The notes under the pieces: model-generated
Told to the model about the DNA's origin: nothing
Seen by the model: only the letters and a program-made list of their open reading frames with translations
The model's database searches: none
Made by a program: the position numbers and the translations under genes
Assembly (NCBI GenBank): GCA_934129745.1
Contig: CAKOWZ010000011.1
Location: 1,087 to 65,086, forward strand
Length of the DNA: 64,000 nt
From: an uncultured Clostridia bacterium
Lineage (GTDB): Bacteria > Bacillota > Clostridia > TANB77 > CAG-508
Reading direction: 5' to 3'
Shown here: positions 1-9,357 of the stretch, piece by piece
Layout of the letters: each line of letters opens with the position of its first letter
How positions within the stretch are numbered: the stretch's first letter is position 1

Positions 1-273
1 ACTCTTGAATATTATTATAGTGATAGTAGTAAAAAACAAAACCAAAAATTTGCTGGATTAAAGAAACAAACAAGATATTCTACACAATTTGTGTATGTAT
101 ATGATGAAAGTAAATTTAAATATAATCAAATGTCATTAACAATAAGTTGCCCTAATTGTGGAGCTCCACTTAATAAATTAGGAGAAGGTAATTGTCAATA
201 TTGTGGAACATATATAAAACCAATTAATTTAAAAGGATGGTATATGGTTTCATATAAAGATGAATATAAATAA
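1..273 (+). CDS. 3' end of a gene that starts upstream of the window; the C-terminus carries a CxxC-N12-CxxC zinc ribbon (CPNCGA...CQYCGT), as in the proteins at 56836 and 57898
   Basis: Frame 1 is open from nt 1 (TLEYYYSDSSKK...) with no upstream stop. The zinc-ribbon motif and the following W-hydrophobic motif match the C-termini of the two downstream paralogs. Confidence 0.5.
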   Translation, partial: TLEYYYSDSSKKQNQKFAGLKKQTRYSTQFVYVYDESKFKYNQMSLTISCPNCGAPLNKLGEGNCQYCGTYIKPINLKGWYMVSYKDEYK

Positions 274-380
274 AAAAGTTTTAAAATTTATTGTTAAAAT
301 TAAAAATTTGTAGTATAATTTAAATTAATTAATACATAGTATAAAACATAATTAAAAATAAAAAATTAGGAGGTAAAATT

Positions 381-1646
381 ATGGGATTAATTAAAGCAGC
401 AGCAGGTGCAATAGGAAGCACATTACATGATCAATGGAAAGAAGCTATTAGATGTGAAGATTTAGGAAATGATATTCTAATGATGAAAAAAACAACACCA
501 ACAGGTGTTATAACAAATAAAAGTACAATTATTGTAGCACCAGGACAATGTGCTGTTATATTTGATAATGGTAAAATTATTGATGCAACAGCAGAAGAAG
601 GGTATTATACATTTGATACATCATCAAGTCCTTCATTTTTTGCAGGACAATTTGGTGCAGTATTTAAAGAAATGTGGCAACGTTTTACATATAATGGTGC
701 AACAGCTAAAGAACAAGCAGTATTTTTCTTTAATATTAAGGAAATTATAAAAAATAAATTTGGTACACCAGCACCTATTCCTTATCAAGATTGGTCACAT
801 GCTATACCAAATGAAATGACAGGAACACTTACACCATTAGGGGTTAAAGTTAAATGTTTTGGTACATATACATTTAGATTAGTAAATCCAGCTTTATTTA
901 TGAATAATATTGGTGGAACTGCTAATGTATATAGAGTATCTGAGTTAACAGAACAAATTCGTTCAGAAGTTGTAGCTGTATTCCAAAATGTATTAAATGA
1001 ATTAGGAAATTCTGCTCATAGAGTTCCAGTATTAGAATTACCAAGTAATACAGATGAAATAAAACAAATGATGGATGAAAAAGTATTTGATGAACCAGTA
1101 AGAAGAAGAGGTATGCAAATTGAAGTATTTTCTGTTGAATCTGTTACATTAGATCCTGATTCTGAAAGAAAAATTGAAGAATATGAACATAATTCAAATT
1201 CAAGAATGCAACAAGGTCGTGTTCTTGATGTTATGGAAGCAGCAGCTAAAAATGCAAATGGTTCTGCAAATGGATTTATGGGACTTGGTGTTATGAATAT
1301 GGCTACAGGTGGAATGGGAAATGCTGTTATGCAAAATGCATTTAATCCAGCTCAAACAACTCAATATCAACAAAATGCAAATTCTCAAACACAAAACCAA
1401 ACAACACCAGCTCAAGAACAAGCTCAACCAGTAACACCTGAAAATTCAAATGAAAATACACAATCAACATCTACATCAAATACAGCTAATTCATGGGTTT
1501 GCCCAACATGTGGAAATACATCAACAGGTAAATTCTGTGGAGAATGTGGTACTAAAAAACCAGAAGCTAATGTATGCAAAAATTGTGGAACAAAATTAAA
1601 TGAAGGTGCTAAATTCTGTGGAGAATGTGGTACTAAAGTTGAATAA
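381..1646 (+). CDS. SPFH/band-7 (stomatin-prohibitin-flotillin) family protein with two tandem C-terminal zinc ribbons (COG4260/YdjI-like)
   Basis: The N-terminus MGLIKAAAGAIGS...QWKE is typical of this family. An N/Q-rich linker is followed by WVCPTCGN..FCGECGTK and VCKNCGT..FCGECGTK. A strong RBS (aggagg) lies upstream. Confidence 0.8.
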   Translation: MGLIKAAAGAIGSTLHDQWKEAIRCEDLGNDILMMKKTTPTGVITNKSTIIVAPGQCAVIFDNGKIIDATAEEGYYTFDTSSSPSFFAGQFGAVFKEMWQRFTYNGATAKEQAVFFFNIKEIIKNKFGTPAPIPYQDWSHAIPNEMTGTLTPLGVKVKCFGTYTFRLVNPALFMNNIGGTANVYRVSELTEQIRSEVVAVFQNVLNELGNSAHRVPVLELPSNTDEIKQMMDEKVFDEPVRRRGMQIEVFSVESVTLDPDSERKIEEYEHNSNSRMQQGRVLDVMEAAAKNANGSANGFMGLGVMNMATGGMGNAVMQNAFNPAQTTQYQQNANSQTQNQTTPAQEQAQPVTPENSNENTQSTSTSNTANSWVCPTCGNTSTGKFCGECGTKKPEANVCKNCGTKLNEGAKFCGECGTKVE

Positions 1647-1683
1647 TTTTTGGTAAATAATATTTGTTATATATCATAAATAA

Positions 1684-1720
1684 AAAAGCATAAAATCATA
1701 AAGATTTTATGCTTTTTTAA
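1684..1720. terminator. bidirectional rho-independent terminator between convergent genes
   Basis: Hairpin aaagcataaaatc / gattttatgcttt flanked by A- and T-runs. Confidence 0.6.
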
Positions 1721-2349
1721 TATAGTAATGTAATGCTATTTCCGTTTTTATCAATAACTTTATCATTTTTTAAATATCCAATTTCTCTCATCATAGCACT
1801 TCTATCAACACTTAAGTAATCAGCAAGATCTGTAAGTGAAAAAGGGAGTGCAAAGGTTTTACTAAATGTTGAAGTAGAAATTATATTAAAATAGGTTAAA
1901 AGTTTTTCTCTTATAGTACGTTTACTTAAAATTTCAATTCTAGTATTTAATGAATTAATTTGATTTAAAAGCAAATTTGGTAATGTTTGAACTACAATTT
2001 TGTGATATGAACAGTTTTGAGTACATTTATTTTCTATAAATTCATAATCAAAAAACAATACTTCACATTTGGTTTTTGCTTCAACAAATAATTCATTATT
2101 TGTTGTAACATTATAAAAAATTTCACCAAAAACACTATTTGCAAGATAGTGTTCAACAATTGTTTTATTTCCATTAAAATCATATCTTATTAGGTCTGCT
2201 TCACCATTTTTTAAAAGACATAATTGGCGTCTTTTGGCTATATATGTAGTTATGATATCATTTTTTTTGAATGTTTTATTTTGTACTTTTTTACAGGTAT
2301 TACTGAATTCATCAAAAAATGTTGCTATTTCTTTTTGAGTTATATTCAT
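1717..2349 (-). CDS. Crp/Fnr family transcriptional regulator
   Basis: N-terminal cNMP-binding-like region and C-terminal HTH (FALPFSLTDLADYLSVDRSAMMREIGYL), the typical Crp/Fnr DNA-binding helix. Confidence 0.8.
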   Translation of the reverse strand: MNITQKEIATFFDEFSNTCKKVQNKTFKKNDIITTYIAKRRQLCLLKNGEADLIRYDFNGNKTIVEHYLANSVFGEIFYNVTTNNELFVEAKTKCEVLFFDYEFIENKCTQNCSYHKIVVQTLPNLLLNQINSLNTRIEILSKRTIREKLLTYFNIISTSTFSKTFALPFSLTDLADYLSVDRSAMMREIGYLKNDKVIDKNGNSITLLY

Positions 2350-2399
2350 GATGTAGCTTCCTTTCTTAGATATTTTTTATGGTTATTATACACGAAAAA

Positions 2400-2415
2400 T
2401 GTTGCGATTGCAACA
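2400..2415. promoter_or_regulatory. 16-bp palindrome TGTTGC-GATT-GCAACA, a candidate operator about 50 bp upstream of the Crp/Fnr regulator start
   Basis: Perfect 6-4-6 inverted repeat read directly from the sequence. Confidence 0.45.
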
Positions 2416-2567
2416 AAATTTGGATTAATTAATGATAAAAAAAATTATAACTTTTTATGGTAAATAGACGTAATAACTATGTCAAAAAAATGTAATAAAA
2501 TTTTTTCAAAAATTTTTACTTAGAAAAAACTGGGCTGAGCCTGTTCGCCTAAAAAAAAGTCATAATA

Positions 2568-2583
2568 TGTTGCAAATGCAACA
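2568..2583. promoter_or_regulatory. 16-bp palindrome TGTTGC-AAAT-GCAACA, a candidate operator about 90 bp upstream of nrdD
   Basis: Perfect 6-4-6 inverted repeat with the same half-sites as 2400-2415. No other copy occurs in the window. Confidence 0.45.
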
Positions 2584-2672
2584 ATAAAATACAAAGTAAT
2601 AGATTATAATTAGTTCATCAAGAAAAATAAAAATTAATACAAATAACTCAAGAAGAAAGGGATGTATGTAAG

Positions 2673-4976
2673 ATGCAAGTAATTAAAAGAGATGGAAGAT
2701 TAGTAGAATTTAATGGTGAAAGAATTGTTAAAGCTATAACTTTAGCTATGGCACAAACACAAGGTGGAGTAGATGTAGAATTAGCCAATAAAGTAGCAAA
2801 TGCTGTAGAAAAACAATTAGAAGATAAAAATCAAGTAACAGTATATGAAATTCAAGATTTAATTGAAAAAAAATTAATGACAACTTCAAGAAAAGAAGTA
2901 GCACAAAGTTATATAACATATAGATATAACAGAGATGTTGCAAGAAAATCTAAAACTAAAGAAATCTTTTTAGAGATTATTGGAGCAAAAGCAAATGATA
3001 TTACAAGAGAAAATGCAAATATGAATGCAGATACACCAGCTGGTATGATGATGAAGTTTGCTTCTGAAACTACAAAACCATTTGTTGATGATTTTCTATT
3101 TTCAGATGAAGCTAGAAAAGCTGTAAAAGATGGATATATACATGTTCATGATAAAGATTATTATCCAACAAAATCTTTAACTTGTTTACAACATCCATTA
3201 AATAAAATTTTGAAAAATGGTTTTAAAGCAGGACATGGTGCTTCAAGACCAGCAAAAAGAATTGAAACTGCAAGTATTTTAGGATGTATTTCAATGGAAA
3301 CTGTTCAAAATGAAATGCATGGTGGTCAAGCAATTCCAGCTTTTGATTATTATTTGGCTCCATATGTAAAAATGACATTTGTTGAGGAAATTAAAAAATT
3401 AGAAGAATTAACAGGAAGTGATTTATCAAAATATTATGATTATCAAGTTGAAGATTATATCAAAAAAGATATAAAAGATTTGAAAGGTGAAGAAAGAGAA
3501 TTACAATTTGCCATAAATAATACAGTATCAAGAGTTCATCAATCAATGGAAGCTTTTATACATAATATGAATACAATACATTCAAGAGGTGGAAATCAAG
3601 TTGTATTTAGTTCAATTAATTATGGAACAGATACTTCTCCAGAAGGTAGATGTATTATAAGAGAAATTTTATTATCTACTGAAAGAGGTGTTGGAAATAA
3701 TGAAACACCAATATTTCCAATTCAAATTTGGAAGAAAAAACGTGGTGTTAATTATTTACCAGAAGATAAAAACTATGATTTATATAAATTAGCTTGTAGA
3801 GTAACAGCAAAAAGATTTTTCCCTAATTTCATTAACTTAGATGCTACATTTAATCAACATGAAAAATGGAATGCAAATGATCCAGAAAGATTTAAATATG
3901 AATGTGCAACAATGGGATGTAGAACTAGAGTTTTTGAAAATAGACATGGTGAAAAAACATCTATTGGAAGAGGAAATTTATCATTTACAACAATTGATTT
4001 ACCAAAATTAGCAATAGAATCAGCTCTAGAAGCTCAAGAAAAAACAGGATGTAAATTTGATTTAGGTAGAGGTTCAGAAGAATTTATGACAGCTACTTAT
4101 AAAAAATCTGTAAAGAAAATTTTTATGAATAAATTGGAAGAATATGCAGGTGTTACAGCTCGTCAATTATATGACAGATATAGATTCCAATGTACTGCTA
4201 TTGCTAAACAATTCCCATTATTAATGGCAGGAATGTGGGAAGGAAGTGATGCTTTAGGTCCAAATGATTCTGTTGAACCAGTTTTAAAACAAGGTACTTT
4301 AGGAATTGGATTTATAGGATTAGCAGAATGTTTAACTGTTTTAACAGGTAAACATCATGCTGAATCAGAAGATTCTCAAAAATTAGGAATTGAAATTATT
4401 ACAGAATTACGTGATTTATCTAAAGAATTTTCTGATAGATATGATTTAAATTATAGTGTTTTAGCTACACCAGCTGAAGGGTTATCAGGAAGATTTACAA
4501 AATTAGATAGAAAAAAATATGGAACAATTTTAGGTGTTACAGATAGAGATTATTATACAAATAGTAATCATGTTCCAGTTTGGTATAAATGTACAGCTGA
4601 ACAAAAGGCTAGAGTTGAGGCACCATATCATGATTTAACAAGAGGTGGACATATATTCTATATTGAATTAGATGGTGATGCTACACATAATCCAGATACA
4701 ATTGAAGGTGTTGTTGATTTAATGGATAAATATAATATGGGATATGGAAGTGTTAATCATACTCGTACAAGATGTATGGATTGTGGTTTTGAAAATGCTG
4801 ATGCTAATTTAGAAAGATGCCCAGTGTGTGGAAGTGTTAATATTGATACAATTCAAAGAATTACTGGATATTTAGTTGGAACAACTTCTCGTTGGAATAA
4901 TGGAAAATTGGCTGAATTAAGAGATAGGGTTACTCATATTAGTGGAAAAGATTGTGAAGTTAAAGGTGCTCAATAA
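2673..4976 (+). CDS. nrdD: anaerobic ribonucleoside-triphosphate reductase (class III RNR)
   Basis: N-terminal ATP-cone (MQVIKRDGRLVEF), C-terminal zinc ribbon (CMDCG...CPVCG) and glycyl-radical motif RITGYLVGTTSRWNNGK. Confidence 0.95.
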   Translation: MQVIKRDGRLVEFNGERIVKAITLAMAQTQGGVDVELANKVANAVEKQLEDKNQVTVYEIQDLIEKKLMTTSRKEVAQSYITYRYNRDVARKSKTKEIFLEIIGAKANDITRENANMNADTPAGMMMKFASETTKPFVDDFLFSDEARKAVKDGYIHVHDKDYYPTKSLTCLQHPLNKILKNGFKAGHGASRPAKRIETASILGCISMETVQNEMHGGQAIPAFDYYLAPYVKMTFVEEIKKLEELTGSDLSKYYDYQVEDYIKKDIKDLKGEERELQFAINNTVSRVHQSMEAFIHNMNTIHSRGGNQVVFSSINYGTDTSPEGRCIIREILLSTERGVGNNETPIFPIQIWKKKRGVNYLPEDKNYDLYKLACRVTAKRFFPNFINLDATFNQHEKWNANDPERFKYECATMGCRTRVFENRHGEKTSIGRGNLSFTTIDLPKLAIESALEAQEKTGCKFDLGRGSEEFMTATYKKSVKKIFMNKLEEYAGVTARQLYDRYRFQCTAIAKQFPLLMAGMWEGSDALGPNDSVEPVLKQGTLGIGFIGLAECLTVLTGKHHAESEDSQKLGIEIITELRDLSKEFSDRYDLNYSVLATPAEGLSGRFTKLDRKKYGTILGVTDRDYYTNSNHVPVWYKCTAEQKARVEAPYHDLTRGGHIFYIELDGDATHNPDTIEGVVDLMDKYNMGYGSVNHTRTRCMDCGFENADANLERCPVCGSVNIDTIQRITGYLVGTTSRWNNGKLAELRDRVTHISGKDCEVKGAQ

Positions 4977-5083
4977 TTAAAAAATTGATTTAGATAAAAA
5001 TTATAAAGATACTAAAGGTTAAATAGAGAATGAATGAAGTTTTTATTTGTTCTCTATTTAATAAACAAAAGGAGGATTTAACT

Positions 5084-5587
5084 ATGAATATGGCAGGTTT
5101 TTATGATGAGAGTATATCAAATGGACTAGGATGGAGAGCAGTTTTATTTGTAAGTGGTTGCCCTCATAATTGCCCAGGATGTCAAAATAAAATGGCACAA
5201 AATTACAGTTATGGTGAACAATTTGATAAACAAAAAATTATAGATAGAATTTGTGATAATTCTCTTTTAAAAGGAATTACAATAAGTGGTGGTGAACCTC
5301 TTTGTAAAGAAAATGTTGGGGCAGTTTTAGATTTTATAAAAGATGTAAAAAAAGTTAGACCTAATTTTAATGTATGGTGTTATAGTGGATATACAATTGA
5401 AGAATTAAAAAATAGAAATGATAAGATTACAAATGAGGCATTAAATGAAATTGATGTTTTAGTTGATGGAAGATTTGTACAAGAAAAAAGAGATCCAAAT
5501 CTTAAATTTAGAGGATCTTCTAATCAAAGAATTCTTGATGTTAAAAAAACTATTAAAGAAAACCAAATTGTACAAATTGCTTTATAA
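5084..5587 (+). CDS. nrdG: anaerobic ribonucleotide reductase activating protein (radical SAM)
   Basis: CPHNCPGCQN radical-SAM cluster motif. An AGGAGG RBS lies 8 nt upstream of the ATG at 5084, and the gene sits directly after nrdD. The ORF-track start at 5030 lacks an RBS. Confidence 0.9.
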   Translation: MNMAGFYDESISNGLGWRAVLFVSGCPHNCPGCQNKMAQNYSYGEQFDKQKIIDRICDNSLLKGITISGGEPLCKENVGAVLDFIKDVKKVRPNFNVWCYSGYTIEELKNRNDKITNEALNEIDVLVDGRFVQEKRDPNLKFRGSSNQRILDVKKTIKENQIVQIAL

Positions 5588-5733
5588 TTTTTTATGGACA
5601 TCTATCAAATTTTTGATGTTTTGAAAGATGTTATTAAAAGACACTTTTAAAAGACACGAAATTTTGAACTGTTTTTTAGAGGTGTCTTTAATAACATTTT
5701 CAGAGGTGTTACTAAAACAAAGGGAGGAAAAGT

Positions 5734-7218
5734 TTGAAAGTTATAAAAAGAGATGGAAGAGCTGTTGAATATAATAGTAATAAAATTTTTGTGGCAATTG
5801 AAAAGGCTAATAATGATGTTACTGAAGATAAAAGAACAACAGAAGAAGAAATTAATCATATAATTGAATATATAGAATCTCTTGATAAAAAAAGAATTTT
5901 AGTTGAAGATATACAAGATATTATTGAACAAAAATTAATGGAATTAGGTAAATATGAACTTGCAAAACAGTATATAGTTTACAGATATACCAGAGCTTTG
6001 GTTAGAAAACAAAACACTACAGATGAATCAATTTTAGGTTTAATAAAAAATGGTGGAAATGTTTTTCAAAATCCTGAGGGAAATAGTATGATGGCTTGTG
6101 TTCAAAGAAATTTGATTGCAGGGGAAGTGTCTAAAGACTTGACTAAAAGAATTTTATTACCAGAAAAAATTACTAAAGCACATGAAGATGGAATACTTTA
6201 TTTTCATGATATGGAATATTTTTTACAACCAATAATAAATTCATCTTTAATAAATTTGGGCGATATGCTTGATAATGGAACATGCATAAATAATTATAAT
6301 ATTGATACTCCAAATGGATTTTTAGAAGCATGTATGATATTTTCACAAATTATTCAAGCAGTTTCAAATAGTCAATATGGAAAAATTTATGTAGATGTCA
6401 AACATTTAGGAAAATATTTGAGAAAAAGTACCAAAAATATTATTGAAGATGAAGAAAATATTATAGGAAAAAATTCATTGGAAATTCATAAAAAACAACA
6501 GGAAATTGTGGATAATAAAGTTGAAAAAGAACTTGAACAGGGAATTAAAATTATTAAATATCAAATAAATGGATTAATAAATATGAGCGGAAATAATCAT
6601 ATTGTTTCATTAATAATGATAAATGATAGTGAAAATGAATATTATGAAGAAATTGAAATGATAATAAATGAAATTAAAAAACAAAATATTGAGAATTGTG
6701 ATATTATTACAAAAAAACAGGAAATTCCTAAGTATCAATATGAAGGGCATTTTAATTATGGAATTGTTAGTATTAATTTATTGAAAATTGTTAAAGATTT
6801 ATTAAAAAATAATTTTGAAAATAGTAATAAAGAAGAGATTGATAAAAATAAACTAGAAAATAATTTTTGGAAAATGTTAGATGATAGGTTAGAATTATGT
6901 TATGAGGCTCTTATGTGTAGACATTATGCTTTATTAGGAACAATATCTGATTCAAGCCCAATTCATTGGCAATATGGAGCAATTTCAAGGATTGAAAAAG
7001 GTGAAAAAATTGATAAATTGTTAAAAGATGGATATTCTGATATTTGTTTGAATTATACAGATTTTGATGAAACTATAGATACAATGTCAGAAAATTTAGA
7101 AATGGATAAATCTTATGAAGAAAAATTCAAAAATAAATTGAGTAAAAATTTAGAAAATAAGGTTCAAAATTGGAGAAAAATGACCGGATTAGGTTTTACA
7201 TTAAAAAAAGATATATAA
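5734..7218 (+). CDS. truncated NrdD-like paralog: ATP-cone plus NrdD N-terminal core, lacking the glycyl-radical and zinc-ribbon C-terminus
   Basis: MKVIKRDGRAVEYN is an ATP-cone. GILYFHDMEYF aligns with nrdD's GYIHVHDKDYY, and EALMCRHY aligns with nrdD's ATMGCRTRV. The protein ends at 494 aa after a K/E/N-rich low-complexity insert. TTG start with a GGAGG RBS. Confidence 0.6.
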   Translation: MKVIKRDGRAVEYNSNKIFVAIEKANNDVTEDKRTTEEEINHIIEYIESLDKKRILVEDIQDIIEQKLMELGKYELAKQYIVYRYTRALVRKQNTTDESILGLIKNGGNVFQNPEGNSMMACVQRNLIAGEVSKDLTKRILLPEKITKAHEDGILYFHDMEYFLQPIINSSLINLGDMLDNGTCINNYNIDTPNGFLEACMIFSQIIQAVSNSQYGKIYVDVKHLGKYLRKSTKNIIEDEENIIGKNSLEIHKKQQEIVDNKVEKELEQGIKIIKYQINGLINMSGNNHIVSLIMINDSENEYYEEIEMIINEIKKQNIENCDIITKKQEIPKYQYEGHFNYGIVSINLLKIVKDLLKNNFENSNKEEIDKNKLENNFWKMLDDRLELCYEALMCRHYALLGTISDSSPIHWQYGAISRIEKGEKIDKLLKDGYSDICLNYTDFDETIDTMSENLEMDKSYEEKFKNKLSKNLENKVQNWRKMTGLGFTLKKDI

Positions 7219-7361
7219 AAAGAAAAATGAGATATCTTCTTTAATTATTTTTAGTAGGTATTTCATTTTTTTATTTTTTGAAATCCAAACTTAATGATTG
7301 TATAGACAAAAATTTTTCATTATGGTATAATTGCAATAAATTAAGGAAAGAGAGAGATTAT

Positions 7362-8129
7362 ATGCCAAAATTTTTTGTTAATAATGAACAAGTTGATAAT
7401 GGTAAAATTAGAATTTTAGGAAAAGATATTAATCATATAAAAAATGTATTAAGAATGAAAATTGATGATACTTTTAATGTATGTAATGAAGATGATTCAC
7501 AAAATTATGTAGTTAAAATTGCTAGATTTGAGGAACAAGAGATTATTTGTGATATTATCGAAAAATGTGAAAATAGTGCAGAATCTAATGTAAAAGTTCA
7601 TATTTTTCAGGGATTACCAAAATCAGATAAAATGGAATTAATTATTCAGAAATCAGTTGAATTAGGAGTTCAAAAAATTACTCCTGTTGAAATGAAAAGA
7701 TGTGTTGTAAAATTAGATGGAAAAGATAAAATTAAAAAAATAGAAAGATGGCAAAAAATTGCTGAAGTTGCAGCAAAACAAAGTGGTAGAGATATTGTAC
7801 CAGAAATATGTTCTGTAAAAAATGTTAAGGAAATTTCAAGTGATTTTAGTAAATTTGATTTAGTTATTTTGTGTTATGAAAATGAAAAAAATATTTTCCT
7901 AAAAGATGTTTTAAAAGAATTGGCTAAAAGAAATTTGAATTCTGTTCAGGAGTTAAAAATTGCTGTTATTATTGGACCTGAAGGTGGAATTGATATTTCT
8001 GAAGTTGAATATATGGAACAAAATGGTGCAAAAGTTGTAAGTCTTGGAAATAGAATTTTAAGGACTGAAACTGTTGGATTATCTTTGTTAAGTATTATTA
8101 TGTATGAATTCGAAAGGAATGAAAGATAG
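7362..8129 (+). CDS. rsmE: 16S rRNA (uracil1498-N3)-methyltransferase
   Basis: The MPKFFV start is typical of RsmE, and the C-terminal SPOUT-like region reads GPEGG...RILRTETVGL. The ORF-track start at 7278 is probably too far upstream. Confidence 0.85.
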   Translation: MPKFFVNNEQVDNGKIRILGKDINHIKNVLRMKIDDTFNVCNEDDSQNYVVKIARFEEQEIICDIIEKCENSAESNVKVHIFQGLPKSDKMELIIQKSVELGVQKITPVEMKRCVVKLDGKDKIKKIERWQKIAEVAAKQSGRDIVPEICSVKNVKEISSDFSKFDLVILCYENEKNIFLKDVLKELAKRNLNSVQELKIAVIIGPEGGIDISEVEYMEQNGAKVVSLGNRILRTETVGLSLLSIIMYEFERNER

Positions 8130-8130
8130 T

Positions 8131-9228
8131 ATGAGTAAAGTTGCTGAAAAAAATGAAGTTATTAATGAAAATGTTGAGGTAAATAATAGTTCAAAAAAAA
8201 GCAAAAAATTAAAAGCAGATTCAACTGGTAAAAAAAGTGAGAAAGAAAAAGTGGAAAAGGCATCAGCTAGTGGAAACAGTGGAAAGACAAAATCAAAAAA
8301 GGTAGAAGTTAGTGGAGAAAATAAAAAAACAGAATCAAAAAAAATATCAAATAGTGAAAGTAGTGAAAAAACTAGTTCTGAAAAAAGTACATCAAATTTA
8401 AAAAAAGCAAGTGAAAAAAAAGAGTTGAAAAATGAAAATACTAAAAATATAGAGAAAACAAATACAGAAAAAAAGAAAAGTGCCAAAATTGCGAAAGAAA
8501 GCACAAGCAAAAATAAAAATTTAAGTACAAGCAAAAGTTCAAATAAAAATTTAAAGACAGCTCAAAAAACTAAACAAAAAAAGAATGATGAAAAACTAAA
8601 AATAATTGATGATGATTTAGATGATGAAAAATTAGAAATAATTGATGAAAATGATGAAAAAAGTGAAAATAATAAAGATAGTAAAATTATAGATGATGAA
8701 GATGAAAATCAGAAAAATGAGCAATCTGATGAAAACAAATATGATACAGTAAGTTTGAAAGAAATTAGAGAAGCAATTGAAAATAAAGTTGATAAAAAAC
8801 AGAAAAAAAGTGTTATAAAAAAAGTATTAATTAATTTTGGAATTGGAATAGCAATGATTATATTTCTAATATTGGTAATAATGGGAAATAAAAATATTAG
8901 TGCTGATGTGTTAGAAAAAGATATGAAAATTATGACTTTATTTATATTAGGAATTGGAATTTTTACACTTGAATTAGCATATCAAAAAGATAAAACAGAA
9001 ATAGTAATTAATGCTATTGAAATATTAATTTTTGGAGCAGCTAATTTATGTCTAATTTATATTTTTAAATTATATATTGGTCAATTAATGTATGCAACAA
9101 TTGGAATTGGTGCTACTGTAATTGGATATTATGTGTTAAAATCAATTATTATGTCAATTATAAGTGTTAGAAAATTTAAAAAAGATAATAGTGATATTAA
9201 AGAAATTGTTGAGAAAAAAGTGATTTAA
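8131..9228 (+). CDS. hypothetical protein: K/S/E-rich low-complexity N-terminal region plus C-terminal 4-TM domain
   Basis: Composition and hydrophobic segments only. The start is uncertain and the frame overlaps the rsmE end. Confidence 0.45.
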   Translation: MSKVAEKNEVINENVEVNNSSKKSKKLKADSTGKKSEKEKVEKASASGNSGKTKSKKVEVSGENKKTESKKISNSESSEKTSSEKSTSNLKKASEKKELKNENTKNIEKTNTEKKKSAKIAKESTSKNKNLSTSKSSNKNLKTAQKTKQKKNDEKLKIIDDDLDDEKLEIIDENDEKSENNKDSKIIDDEDENQKNEQSDENKYDTVSLKEIREAIENKVDKKQKKSVIKKVLINFGIGIAMIIFLILVIMGNKNISADVLEKDMKIMTLFILGIGIFTLELAYQKDKTEIVINAIEILIFGAANLCLIYIFKLYIGQLMYATIGIGATVIGYYVLKSIIMSIISVRKFKKDNSDIKEIVEKKVI

Positions 9229-9357
9229 ATTATTAAAAAGTGAGAAATATTATAAATTATACTGATTTATAAAGTTATAGATATATTAAGTTATGAAACA
9301 AAGTAGATAATTTAAAGGTAAAACAGAAAACTAATGTTGAGAAAGGAAGTAGTAACT

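Noticed and set aside
550-750. Small internal and antisense ORFs, including 1200-1427(-), 2224-2463(+), 2746-2943(-), 12359-12755(-), 13386-13760(-) and 15313-15618(-). Further examples are 17037-17304, 17632-17829(-), 38143-38681(-), 41516-41884(-), 42418-42648(-), 46418-46720(-) and 50399-50870(-)
   Set aside because: All are embedded in, or antisense to, well-supported conserved genes in this AT-rich sequence. They have no RBS and unrecognisable products.
5587-5733. NrdR box upstream of the NrdD-like gene (repeated aagacac words)
   Set aside because: The repeats (aaagacac x3) do not form the 16-bp NrdR palindrome consensus. It is mentioned only as an unassigned direct repeat.
8088-8534. 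Minus-strand 148-aa Phe/Leu-rich ORF
   Set aside because: It is the antisense shadow of the Lys/Ser/Glu-rich region of the + strand gene. Low-complexity codons read in reverse give F/L runs.
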